Source of the DNA: a virus
Strand: one strand, 5' to 3'
IMG/VR virus record: IMGVR_UViG_3300017917_002814
Location: 1 to 64,000 of that record
DNA: 64,000 nucleotides
Part shown: positions 32,301-38,567 of the stretch, one piece after another
How the letters are laid out: every line of letters begins with the position of its first letter
Position numbering within the stretch: the stretch's first letter is position 1
Translations under genes and position numbers: made by a program
Notes under the pieces: model-generated
Seen by the model: the letters and a program-made list of their open reading frames with translations, nothing else
The model's database searches: none
What the model was told of the DNA's origin: nothing

Positions 32301-33093
32301 GCCAACGCCGTCTCCCTCTACTGCTACTCCTGGTGTAGTGTTTGTAAACGGTGAACGAATCGTATACTATCAAAAATATGATTTAGCAAAAATGTCAACG
32401 GCGGTTGCATGGGCTGCTAATACTCAAATTCCTTTAGATACATTGATAGTGATTGACAGTAACGTATATTTGACTACAGGTAATGTATATGCCAATGCCA
32501 ATGCGTTCGTGAACACAGCCAATATTCAATTGATCAAATTAAATTCATTGAGACAACTTCGTAGAGGTGTAGATGGTACAGGCGTAGCCAATATAGTATT
32601 AGCCGGTAACTTGGTGTCAGACAGCAGTCAAGCACAACTGATTCCTAATGCACAAATTTTTACTTCGCAGACTATAACCGGAAACTTAAAAGTAACCTCA
32701 AATGTGACCTATAAGATAGTATTGAGTTCAACTATTAGTGCTAATATTGGTGATTATATTACACAATTTGCTAATACAGGCAACGCTCGCGTTTTACAAA
32801 GCGTAACCAATGCAAATGTATTAGCAGTTGATTTTGTAACTGGTACTTTCCAACCCGCAGCAAATATAGGAACAAGAATTAATCTTGTTAGCCTAACAAG
32901 CGGAGTGTCAAGCGTAAATGCTAATGTAATAAGTTTACCAACTTTGGGTTCAGTTTATTCAAACGGTAATGTAGTTTTATCATCTGTTGCTGTTTTAAGA
33001 AGTAATATTTGGGAACAGTTTAGCACCACACTGGAAAACAGCACCACTACAGGAGCACAATTTATTAGAGCGGAGCCTAGTTATACACCATGA
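20389..33093 (+). CDS. Giant 4234-aa virion structural protein (baseplate wedge/receptor-binding scaffold)
   Basis: Uninterrupted 12.7 kb ORF after gp6; seven FG-GAP-like repeats; W-x5-Y CBM-like motifs; GGGGSGATA...VTNAGEGYTSTP virion-protein repeat; VKPYRT motif. Confidence 0.75.
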   Translation: MAAFKTLQFLPEIFRTDTNRKFLNATVDQLISEPNLIKVNGYIGRKLAPSYKNSDSYITEPSKTRQDYQLEPSIIIKDATTDELTFATTYVDIVNKINFYGGFGNNQNRLFDNEYYSYDPQINFDKFVNFSQYYWLSNGPNSVLVSASSVPLEQTFTVFFDITTQTYRISGFNNAPNPVLTLARGGRYTFVNNEPGNKFYIQTSPGSLGIDPGAPNLSTRSVLGVNGNGQDVGNTVFQVPLATAQVQFTNMTIVDNVNYATNLSFQSLQGCLVSDLQNVLGGLDGPTSSLEDVTVVFVNNEFIDDIYWYNTARVDDNVIYLDQNNLVPFSQRNNIYQINIFDDDQGNLRVFLSNKFNVSNEQKVRIEAGATNAGKEFYSRLDIFNEVPAITAPLGLLYYQSDQTDNAVGAIQIIDPDAAVIDPDLEIVGQKNYTSPGGVVFTNGLKVTFDSTAVAPYSNNTYYVEGVGTAIVLVLADDLVCPELNNDLSVPDYLTINRGSADLNGWSRSNRWFHVEIIEAAARYNNVDLILDQNKRAQRPIIEFKPNLQLFNFGVEAKKPVDILDDIVTNAYTQIQGVICPYIPPEIPTQVTILIGDKSVTLQNGDRVIFSRDDNLDVRNKIYNFTIELTTEAPDALIYRAYIQEAEDSVVEEGQTIIVNSGTNGEKQWYFNGNIWIESQQKTSVNQAPLFDIINQEGISFGDNSVYPGSTFAGSKIFSYKIGTGINDSVLGFPLSYKNLVTQGDIQFENNFDLDNFEYILSAGVTDTISINSGLMQQNLSRTTSTRLNTWVINSNFSKQYQIFNFTYDGTTNLFPVDILPDISVDIPNIKVVINNVPVTNGQFGITKVVDKLAILVDPNLLSIGDVVFISIFNQNNTSVEGFYQVPLNFDINSLNVDLETLTLGQMRNHLIAYKNNSLDIVGDVPGKSNIRDINFLNRGGSILQHSAPLIYAGLFLNHPTMNFVDALNLASREYSQFKIKFLELAANLELDRNNIPSCVDTIMATLNSVKNDNFPFHYSDMVPHGEDERVVLPSYTVFDTDIRSYEITSIFNDTVVSNKSVLVYITRELNNIITTTLLVKGQDYYFDQSRPAIVIQDSFNLLYNDIISIVEYNNTDGSYVPETPTKLGLYPKYIPEIFTDNTYRTPIQVIQGHDGSITPAFGDFRDDILLELERRIYNNIKVEYDPLSFNLNDYNPGKFRILDYNRQEFNQLLSRSFLRWVGTNRVDFTTNNTFQASDPFTWNYKKFRDVINGESLPGTWRSVFRYFFDTDRPHTHPWEMLGFSEKPDYWNERYGPAPYTGGNIVLWSDLESGYIHAGPRAGIDLRYSRPGLTSIIPVDENGNLRSPTEFLVTDFDSANANVSFAVGDIGPTELAWRRSSDFPFAIQYALAIGKPARYFSLLADVKNYKRSSTTGQFVDSNNNKHIQPDVIRVNGYVSIDGTVERSAGYLNWIRDHVKNIGITDAGALLKENLSRITVQLSYKMAGYSDKRFLELLAEQVSPSSINDSVVIPEENYSIELYKGAPLNKITYSSVIVEKSVNGYTVSGYDTNNPYFYMIPSLPNNNAYTVEVEGQRGVIYRDFKKQRVTIPYGFEFNSKQQVVDFLVSYQRYLIAQGFIFEDRDNLLNEKKDWILSVKEFLHWSNQGWRTGNIIVLSPVSDTLKIFNEFSVVDEITNATNGSRVLDINYQTIRKNNFTIVRDSNLFTFKCLAQQTIGLAEFNLIQYEHLLILDNTTVFRDIIYVPETGNRQYRLKLVGAKTGFWNGNLELPGYIYSSDKIEEWKPGQDYLKGSIVVNKERYYTAIENISAADQFQTILWKQITQNELKSGLINNLATNASQSLQYYDINNQPLDEQIQLFSNGLIGFRPRQYFTNLGIDIATQSKFYQGLIKQGGTTNAISALKGAQFNNLNTELNFFENWAIRVGEYGALDINNYYEFILSEAEFNNNPAIFQLIDGTQSAQTDITKFDLASTYKISGSFSADFLRTQSNDTPPELKSLPVAGFVNLDDIDATIFDIKDYAQYASIVSNLGVGYTIWTARDFDNSWNVYRASSVPGLAFILRHNVDDQAELVMSAEHGLAEGNLIALKNFDERYNGIYRVVSIIDSTRFLITIYNNLQELIDNDAVLGNGLVYQLTSSKLQTPTAVIDNTPNDGWILNDKVWVENLDNRGNWGVYTVTNPWEYQAKIQLGESQYAGNDHFGRTVALDSTALFLYGGAPDSSNGRVSIYARNTNNQWDSYGFLWGNNPVLDSFGKVVITATVGSSNFLAVSASDSGSKQGVVYVFENQTLIQILADSAGAAGDEFGASLTMSDDAKYLYVGAPGANKVYCYALNYPRDSVSQNILGSTGVTTFNLNFAAVDASDIIVTAPLRSSEYFPGIDYTVASGPNRIIFNVAPANGDRITVQKRGYYYSLLDTLPLLGESSSGSKFGSALACSQDGSIIAVGASSTTVDGLNDAGAVYVYHRTVTEFVTNGILNTFTVPDNLGNVFYVYYNGELLINGLDYFTIGTNIIQFAGFNVPAAGNRLVVESNQFILDQTIYPQTVGSAGGSFGAKISMCNSGCNIYVSSPTYLEANYRFGLVTRFVNVGRVYGTVTGTIENPTVTIGESIVINNRIITFTGSTLASVVSNINGANIPGVTASISNNKLKIDSNVVIAANRLNIVSGGTGTPLADLGIEDYKFVQIIKHPETLGEIFGSTVKVDQSSGTLAIGSDGADIAIPINIDNTLGTPTLFDSGGTKFVDLIKDSGAVYIYNLMSNPYEDVDNPSLFAFTQKLVGPNLNTGFNFGAAIDLRSDYLIVGVSNDFGVVAEGGSLYYYYNQNAKSGWELTRYKESRVDIGAVSSSFLYNTVSQNILEFFDYLDPAKGKLLGVVDQELDYKEDYDPASYNRASRTDTINNNNFYWSDRHVGKTWWDLSQASFIDYEQGILQYRVKNWGSLFPGSRVIIYEWVESDFLPSQYETSVGDGVPRYADDTAYSSITIVDPVTGIITQKYYYWVSGKVNVDVNRARRTLSVKALESYITNPKDQGIPYLALLAPNSVAVYNISSQLVGNDVAIHLDVADVRNHNLIHNEWQLVQQNASAESIPIRAINKLKDSIVGFDLNGLTVPDPLLKAQDKLGILDFPRQTMVADRIQALENYVETLNSILVNYPILLITTPSSLLSEEPLPTVGFDTQTDSVTDLEYLDTNAFPDGYKILIPSDSTFQGKWSIYKFNATVDTFELFKLQSFKTNLFWNAIDWYDATYQLGKDINYTVNIYSDTQALTPSIGDYIKVLDNGQGKWLLYEVLDNGTFSLIGAQDGTFQISTEVYDVTVGSGYDSAVYDSVGFDPQAIRELQNIYNSVYQEILIGNLSTEFNRLFLTIINYIFKEQKNPDWIFKTSFIDVYHNLRTLEQFPSYVRDNQSFYNDYIEEVKPYRTQIREYVPSYYKQDLANGNWTDFDLPSSYDSQYDVFRVPDIANPSDADLFETELYSNWANNYKFKITDYIIGNVGLNYTLPPNVEITGGGGSGATAITSIDANGKITAVTVTNAGEGYTSTPNVFINGDGIGGAVYPLLKNEFYNSQANLSYNLIRSVVTTLKFDRLAYNSNLILWQPNTAYANTVVTSGNTLIDDGNIYISSGNIVVYNNQAYLATNANVSTEAIFDFTRFSKIDNGNVLLNAIDRIMAYYEPEIGMPGKNLPQLVNGLEYPGISVLGPEFRTNAFEITSNVISFNYTGLTIDSGNVAAVNFQTLGFEINQPIRIEALVPFDFQNNGYFTIVNVERDSMTLTGQPVETTYKLLLDNPITANAGDYITQANTLANAFVLQSVANSNLLDVIYSVPEFTVSTNTISINGIVTSSNIAQITTGGNVNATISYLNLQTVIDSNIYSSYLDTALGTRPQDINIVGGDYVDQYVSHAPEELIPGKMYDALEMQVFGNTVGNTATYGFRVFQPMSANIEYTRISANATTVLSANLEIVDDEILVNDASVLPTPSPSTATPGVVFVNGERIVYYQKYDLAKMSTAVAWAANTQIPLDTLIVIDSNVYLTTGNVYANANAFVNTANIQLIKLNSLRQLRRGVDGTGVANIVLAGNLVSDSSQAQLIPNAQIFTSQTITGNLKVTSNVTYKIVLSSTISANIGDYITQFANTGNARVLQSVTNANVLAVDFVTGTFQPAANIGTRINLVSLTSGVSSVNANVISLPTLGSVYSNGNVVLSSVAVLRSNIWEQFSTTLENSTTTGAQFIRAEPSYTP

Positions 33094-33794
33094 ACAACAG
33101 CCAACTAAATAGTAATATGGATAAAAATATGGAAGATTTACAAGAAAATTCTATGAACAAAGATACAAAACCCAATGAAATGGGCGGCATTCATGTGCAA
33201 GGACATATCAAAATTTTTGATCCCGAGTCCGGTGAAGTGTTTATAGACAAACGCAATGCTATTCACTACGAAAATATTTCGGAAGCCATTGCTTACACAC
33301 TAGCAAACAAAGGCCAAAACTACATATACGAAATGCATTTTGGTAACGGGGGAACCAGTGTAGACCCAACTGGTATCATCAATTATTTGCCGCCTAATGT
33401 AAACACTAGTAACAGTAATTTATATAACCCAACTTTTGCCAAAATTGTAGATAATACCAGTGCCCTAAACGCAGACCCAACAAGAAACAAGATGGAAATT
33501 AGGCATGTGCCGGGAAGGGTTTATACAGATATTGTAATCAGTTGCTTGTTAGATTATGGTGAACCTACTGGTCAAGCAGCATTTGATAACAGCACAAACA
33601 TGGAGGATACATACACCTTTGATGAGCTAGGACTCAAAGCAAGAAGCACCGACGGCAGTTCTGGACTGACCACAACTGGTAAATTGTTGACCCATGTAAT
33701 TTTTCATCCAGTACAAAAAAGTTTGAATAGATTGATTCAAATTGACTATACAGTAAGAATACAAACCTTAACAAATTTAAGTAGCATAGGATAA
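33090..33794 (+). CDS. Putative baseplate/tail-fibre connector structural protein (true start may be 33117)
   Basis: GHIKIFDP...KRNAIHYEN...FGNGG...FDELGL...LLTHVIFHPVQKSLNRLIQIDYTVRI; position in the tail module. Confidence 0.55.
   Translation: MNNSQLNSNMDKNMEDLQENSMNKDTKPNEMGGIHVQGHIKIFDPESGEVFIDKRNAIHYENISEAIAYTLANKGQNYIYEMHFGNGGTSVDPTGIINYLPPNVNTSNSNLYNPTFAKIVDNTSALNADPTRNKMEIRHVPGRVYTDIVISCLLDYGEPTGQAAFDNSTNMEDTYTFDELGLKARSTDGSSGLTTTGKLLTHVIFHPVQKSLNRLIQIDYTVRIQTLTNLSSIG
33105..33111 (+). promoter_or_regulatory. Late promoter-like motif CTAAATA, 5 nt before ATG 33117
   Basis: CTAAATAgtaatATG has the same spacing as the motif at 16471. Confidence 0.45.
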
Positions 33795-33798
33795 TGCA

Positions 33799-34914
33799 AT
33801 GTCATATTTTGTAAACAAAACCGACGGATCAGTTATTGTAGTACTAGATGGTACAAAAGATACCACAAGCACCAGTCTCACACTGTTTGGACGGTTGGTA
33901 CAAAATTATGGCGACCAAACTAACGAAAATTTTGTTAGATTATTGGAAAATTTCAGTTTTAATTCTAGTCCTGCCAATCCTATTGCAGGGCAACTATGGT
34001 TTGATACCAATACAAACAATATCAAAGTGTATACTACAACTAACACATGGGTAACCGTTGGTAGTGTGATACAAGGTAATGTTGATATAAGTGGTAATTT
34101 AGAAGTGGGTCCATTGGGATTTGCAATAAAAGATATTGATGGCAATGTACAAATTACTAATTCTGCAGTGTCCGCAAATGTAAGTTTTTACAGTAATGTT
34201 GCCGGTGTAAGCACCAGAGTATTACACATCAACGGAACGACCGGTCTAGTAGAAGTCAATGCCAATGCCACAACTAATTTTGGTGTTACAACCAAACTGT
34301 ATGTTGATAGTGAAATACAAAGAGCAACATCCAGTGGAGATGCCAATTTACTTGCCAATGTTGCAATTATCAATGCCAATCTGGTAGCAAGAATAAATTC
34401 AGAAAATGATTTAAGAGCCAATATTACTGCTGCCAATGCCCAAATCGCTCTTAGAGATACTATATCTAGAGTCAACAATATTAATACTGCAATTGACACT
34501 GCACTAACAGCCAATGTAAATGCAATTTATTCCAACTTAGCTGCTAGAGTAGATCAAACTTCAACAGTTGAAACAGCAATGATTGCGAATGTGGCTGCTG
34601 CTAATGCACGAGTAAATGGCGCGAATGTCAACATAACAAATTTAAACAATAGACTTGATAGTGTAAACACAGCAATTGATATTGCCTTGGTAACTAATCT
34701 TGCACTCAAAGCCGACACCCTAAGTCCTGCACTATCTGGGATTCCTACTGCACCAACTGCTGCGTTTGGTGCTAACACTTTGCAAGTAGCTACTACAGAA
34801 TATGTAATGACAAGATCTGTTTTCTGGGATGGTAGTAGAAAATTTGTTAGCACAGCAGATCCATCTGCCAGTGACGGCGCCAATGGCGATATTTGGTTCA
34901 AGTACATTCCCTAA
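33799..34914 (+). CDS. Tail fibre protein with coiled-coil shaft
   Basis: N-terminal LENF...GQLWFDT anchor, Asn/Ala-rich heptads, SPALSGIPTAPTA...VATTEYV fibre repeat, C-terminal GANGDIWF. Confidence 0.7.
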   Translation: MSYFVNKTDGSVIVVLDGTKDTTSTSLTLFGRLVQNYGDQTNENFVRLLENFSFNSSPANPIAGQLWFDTNTNNIKVYTTTNTWVTVGSVIQGNVDISGNLEVGPLGFAIKDIDGNVQITNSAVSANVSFYSNVAGVSTRVLHINGTTGLVEVNANATTNFGVTTKLYVDSEIQRATSSGDANLLANVAIINANLVARINSENDLRANITAANAQIALRDTISRVNNINTAIDTALTANVNAIYSNLAARVDQTSTVETAMIANVAAANARVNGANVNITNLNNRLDSVNTAIDIALVTNLALKADTLSPALSGIPTAPTAAFGANTLQVATTEYVMTRSVFWDGSRKFVSTADPSASDGANGDIWFKYIP

Positions 34915-34917
34915 AGC

Positions 34918-36879
34918 ATGACCACTACCAGAATCATACAAAGAGAATTTGTAATAGAGCAAGGATATGATACCTTGCCTCCGGTTACACTAGGCTACGC
35001 TTGGTCTAGTTTTATGAACACCTATGCGGTATGGCCAGCAGGCGCCGGCAATAGTGTCACAATTAGACGAACAATATCATTGCAGGCTGGCAATTATTAC
35101 GTAACTGGTGCAGTTGATAATTATGGAACAGTTAGCATCAACGGACAATACAATATAAGTTTGTATAACTTTGATGCTAACATATCAAGAACCTCAATTG
35201 GCAATAGTATCTTGGTCAATCACCAAGGTGGCCCGATGTCAATTGTAATTAGTGCAACCAATACAGGAGGGCCTAGAGGAGTTGCAGTTACAATATCACG
35301 ACAAGATCAATATGGTGGAGGTATCACTGGTGGACTAGGTGGCATTCCAACTTCTCCTACATATTATGTAGGAGATCTTGTATGGAGCACCAGAAGTCCT
35401 GGAACGCTTGATACTGGAAGGTACCAAGCGACTATGCCGTTCAGAGCAAATATTACTGCGTATGCTTGGGGTGGAGGTGGAGGCGGTGGCGGCATGGATG
35501 CCGGCACAATAGGCGGCATTGGTGCACCGGGACTATATAATACTGCTTTTATTCAAGTTGATAAAGGAGATCTATTAGAAATATTTGTAGGCTCAGGCGG
35601 CTTGGGAGGAGGTAGTAATTCTGGAAGTGCCCCAGGAGGCGCCGCAGGAGCTAGTAGAATTGCCATCAATGGGCAGACTGTACAATCATTTAATGGAGGT
35701 GCAGGATCTGCGGCAGGCCCAAGTCCATACTCCGGTGGGGGTGGTGGGGGTGGCGGTGCATCTGGGGTTTTAGTCGACAATCAATTGGCGTTAGTTGCAG
35801 CAGGTGGCGGCGGAGGTGGAGGAGCTGGCAATGACGGTAATGCCAGCGACAAATATGTAAGAAGAGACGCATCAATCAATAACAATGCAATTGGAGATTA
35901 TACCATTGGTTCCCGGGCATTAAATATTGATAATTCTGGTTCTATAACTTTAAGTGCTCAAACTCAAGTTGTAGAATATACCACACTTCCAGGAATGACA
36001 GCGCCGCCGACAGCTTCTGGGTCAACTAAGGTTCTCGGATTTGGATACGGATTTAATGCTTCAGGCACATTCACTAGAACAGTGCAAACAAACAGTAAGG
36101 TAAATTTATCAAGCAGCGGAGTTCTAACTTTTTTTGTTCGAAGAGGATCATTGCAAGTTCCTGATTCAGGTGAAGATTTACGTCTAGAGTACAGTACCGA
36201 TGGCTCAACATGGGTAAATATTACCACAGTACCTGTCAATGTTACCGCCGATACTTGGCTAGTGAGATCACCACAAATTCCCGTAGGAGCCAAAGTAGCA
36301 GGCGGTGTCTTTCTACGTTATAGACAATCTGTTACTGGATCTAGTAATTTTACCAACAAAGACCTTTGGGCAATGACTTCAATTTTTAACGGATCGCCAA
36401 CATTGGATTTCCGTGGCGAAAATGGACAAATCAAAGGCGGCGACGGTGGTGGTGCCGGTGGTGGCGGCGGGGGGTATCCTGGTGGTCAAGGCGGTGCTGT
36501 ATTCGGGGGTGACGCCAGTGGCTTTGCTGGCCAATGTGGAGGCAATTTTCCTGACAATGTTGGAGCAACTACTGGTACAGGTACTGCCTATTACAAAGCT
36601 GGATTTGCTGGCGGAGGCAATCGAGGAGGCGGTAATGGTCAAAATGGGCGAGTGCTTTTATTAATAGAACCGCTTGGTTTAAATTCAGTTAAAATAGCTA
36701 ACGAATGGAAACAGATTCAAGAAGCATTTGTTAAAGTAGGCGGCACCTGGCGAGACATTGATACAATCTATGTAAAAATAAATGATTCGTGGAATCAAGT
36801 AACTGGGGCAGGGCAAGGGGATGTGGCTTTAATTGGAAACTTACAAAGTTATGGTACTTCTGTAAGAAGCTTTACATAA
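34918..36879 (+). CDS. Glycine-rich tail adhesin / receptor-binding protein
   Basis: Multiple poly-Gly motifs (AWGGGGGGG, AAGGGGGGG), a central beta-sandwich with YSTDGSTW, and C-terminal VKxxxxW repeats. Confidence 0.65.
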   Translation: MTTTRIIQREFVIEQGYDTLPPVTLGYAWSSFMNTYAVWPAGAGNSVTIRRTISLQAGNYYVTGAVDNYGTVSINGQYNISLYNFDANISRTSIGNSILVNHQGGPMSIVISATNTGGPRGVAVTISRQDQYGGGITGGLGGIPTSPTYYVGDLVWSTRSPGTLDTGRYQATMPFRANITAYAWGGGGGGGGMDAGTIGGIGAPGLYNTAFIQVDKGDLLEIFVGSGGLGGGSNSGSAPGGAAGASRIAINGQTVQSFNGGAGSAAGPSPYSGGGGGGGGASGVLVDNQLALVAAGGGGGGGAGNDGNASDKYVRRDASINNNAIGDYTIGSRALNIDNSGSITLSAQTQVVEYTTLPGMTAPPTASGSTKVLGFGYGFNASGTFTRTVQTNSKVNLSSSGVLTFFVRRGSLQVPDSGEDLRLEYSTDGSTWVNITTVPVNVTADTWLVRSPQIPVGAKVAGGVFLRYRQSVTGSSNFTNKDLWAMTSIFNGSPTLDFRGENGQIKGGDGGGAGGGGGGYPGGQGGAVFGGDASGFAGQCGGNFPDNVGATTGTGTAYYKAGFAGGGNRGGGNGQNGRVLLLIEPLGLNSVKIANEWKQIQEAFVKVGGTWRDIDTIYVKINDSWNQVTGAGQGDVALIGNLQSYGTSVRSFT

Positions 36880-36901
36880 GACTTTGTGCCAAAATAAACG
36901 C

Positions 36902-36908
36902 ATAAATA
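36902..36908 (+). promoter_or_regulatory. Late promoter motif ATAAATA
   Basis: Intergenic; followed by a GGAG SD and ATG 36933. Confidence 0.55.
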
Positions 36909-36932
36909 ATAGAAGTTGGAGAATACATAAAA

Positions 36933-38555
36933 ATGGCATATAATATTACGTTAACTAACGGGTCAACATTAATCCCTGGCGGTCTACCCGATGGTACGAT
37001 TGATACATCAAATAGCAGTCTGACACTAGTTGGTAAAAACTATCCCGGATATGGTTTATTTTTGAATCAGAACATGATTCGATTGATGGAAAATTTCAGC
37101 AATACTTCGGCTCCTGCCGCACCGTTGCCAGGGCAACTTTGGTGGAATTCTGCAACAAAAAACTTGACAGTCAATACAGCTACAGTAAAAGGAACAGCAA
37201 GCGCAGCATGGAAAACCATAACCACAATGACGTATTCGTCAAGTGCACCAAGCAATCCGGTTACTGGCGAACAATGGTACGACACCATCGGTGGACAGTT
37301 AAAAGTATGGACTGGCTCATGGACCACTATTGGCCCTGCAGCAACCGCTGCAACTGGTAATTCAGGTGCTATTCCGGACACTATTGCTGCTACTTCTCCT
37401 AGTGCAACTTATGTTGTGTTAAAGTTTTTTATTGATAATGTTTTGGTTGGAATTTGGAGTAAAGAAGCTTCGTTTACTACAGCAGTATCAGGATTTGCCA
37501 CAGTGAATAGAGGGTTGAACCTAAGCACAGCATTAAATCAAGCATTCTACGGCAATGCTGATGTCACAAACAATTTATATGTTAGTGGTGTAGCTGTTCC
37601 AGGTAGTAGTTTTTTAAGAAATGACACATCAGGAACTGTCAATGGCTCGTTGAGTTTAACAAATGATAGCGGAATAAGTGTTGGCGTTGCAAGCGATTTT
37701 CAGGCTTTAGTAAGCAGCGGAACGGTTACATTGCGTAATCAAACCAACAACAAAGATTTGATTTTAAGTTTGAAAACTGGTGGTATACAAACTCCGTTCC
37801 TGCGCGGTAATTTTCAAACTGGCCTAGCCGAAGCCTATAGTAATCCTACTTCGTCGTCGCCGGCACTGACTCTAGCCACTAAAAATTATGTTGATACACA
37901 ACTTGGCGGCGGAACTGGTACAACAAGTTTTGCCGCAAGTTTGAACCCTAGTGCTAATGTAACTTATACACTAGGCAATACCACTAATCGTTGGAGCAAT
38001 GTTTTTGCTGAAAGCACATTGGTTGGTAACATATTTGTAGCAAATGCAAACGTGTCCACAGTTTACGTAAGTAATGCAATTTTACCTACATCAAATACCT
38101 CTGTTAATCTTGGCAGCACAGGTATGTGGTTTAATACTTTTTATGGTGTTTCTGTACAAGCACAATACGCTGACTTGGCCGAAAGATTTGAAACAGACCA
38201 ACCATATGATCCAGGAACAGTTGTTGCATTAGGCGGTGCCAAAGAGATTACTGCGGCTAATGAAGAACTGAGCGAAGATGTGTTTGGAGTCATAAGTACA
38301 AGAGCTGCTTATTTAATGAATGGCGCAGCAGGGTCCGACGATACACACCCACCAGTGGCAGTGAATGGCCGAGTTCCTGTTAGAGTAATAGGCAAAATAC
38401 GCAAAGGAGATAGACTGGTCAGTGCTGGCAACGGACTGGCCCGAGCCGGTGCTAAAAACGAGTTGAATGCGTTCAATGTCATTGGTCGAAGTCTTCAAGA
38501 TAAACTGGACACTGGTGAAGGCACAATCGAAGCCATTGTTAAATTGAACAGTTAA
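36933..38555 (+). CDS. Tail fibre protein with C-terminal chaperone/autocleavage-like domain
   Basis: N-terminal anchor similar to the 33799 protein; C-terminal AQYADLAERF...PGTVV...GVIST...VAVNGRVPVRVIG..RKGDRLVS. Confidence 0.7.
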   Translation: MAYNITLTNGSTLIPGGLPDGTIDTSNSSLTLVGKNYPGYGLFLNQNMIRLMENFSNTSAPAAPLPGQLWWNSATKNLTVNTATVKGTASAAWKTITTMTYSSSAPSNPVTGEQWYDTIGGQLKVWTGSWTTIGPAATAATGNSGAIPDTIAATSPSATYVVLKFFIDNVLVGIWSKEASFTTAVSGFATVNRGLNLSTALNQAFYGNADVTNNLYVSGVAVPGSSFLRNDTSGTVNGSLSLTNDSGISVGVASDFQALVSSGTVTLRNQTNNKDLILSLKTGGIQTPFLRGNFQTGLAEAYSNPTSSSPALTLATKNYVDTQLGGGTGTTSFAASLNPSANVTYTLGNTTNRWSNVFAESTLVGNIFVANANVSTVYVSNAILPTSNTSVNLGSTGMWFNTFYGVSVQAQYADLAERFETDQPYDPGTVVALGGAKEITAANEELSEDVFGVISTRAAYLMNGAAGSDDTHPPVAVNGRVPVRVIGKIRKGDRLVSAGNGLARAGAKNELNAFNVIGRSLQDKLDTGEGTIEAIVKLNS

Positions 38556-38567
38556 TAGGAATAAAAA

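Noticed and set aside
2476-33093. Inteins in gp46 or the giant protein
   Set aside because: No C-x-rich N-terminal splice block, HN-(C/S/T) junction or LAGLIDADG motif was noticed, and gp46 is of normal length.
35460-36640. GGN-rich tracts as a DNA repeat array or PE-PGRS gene
   Set aside because: They are poly-Gly codons with varied third positions inside a phage adhesin.
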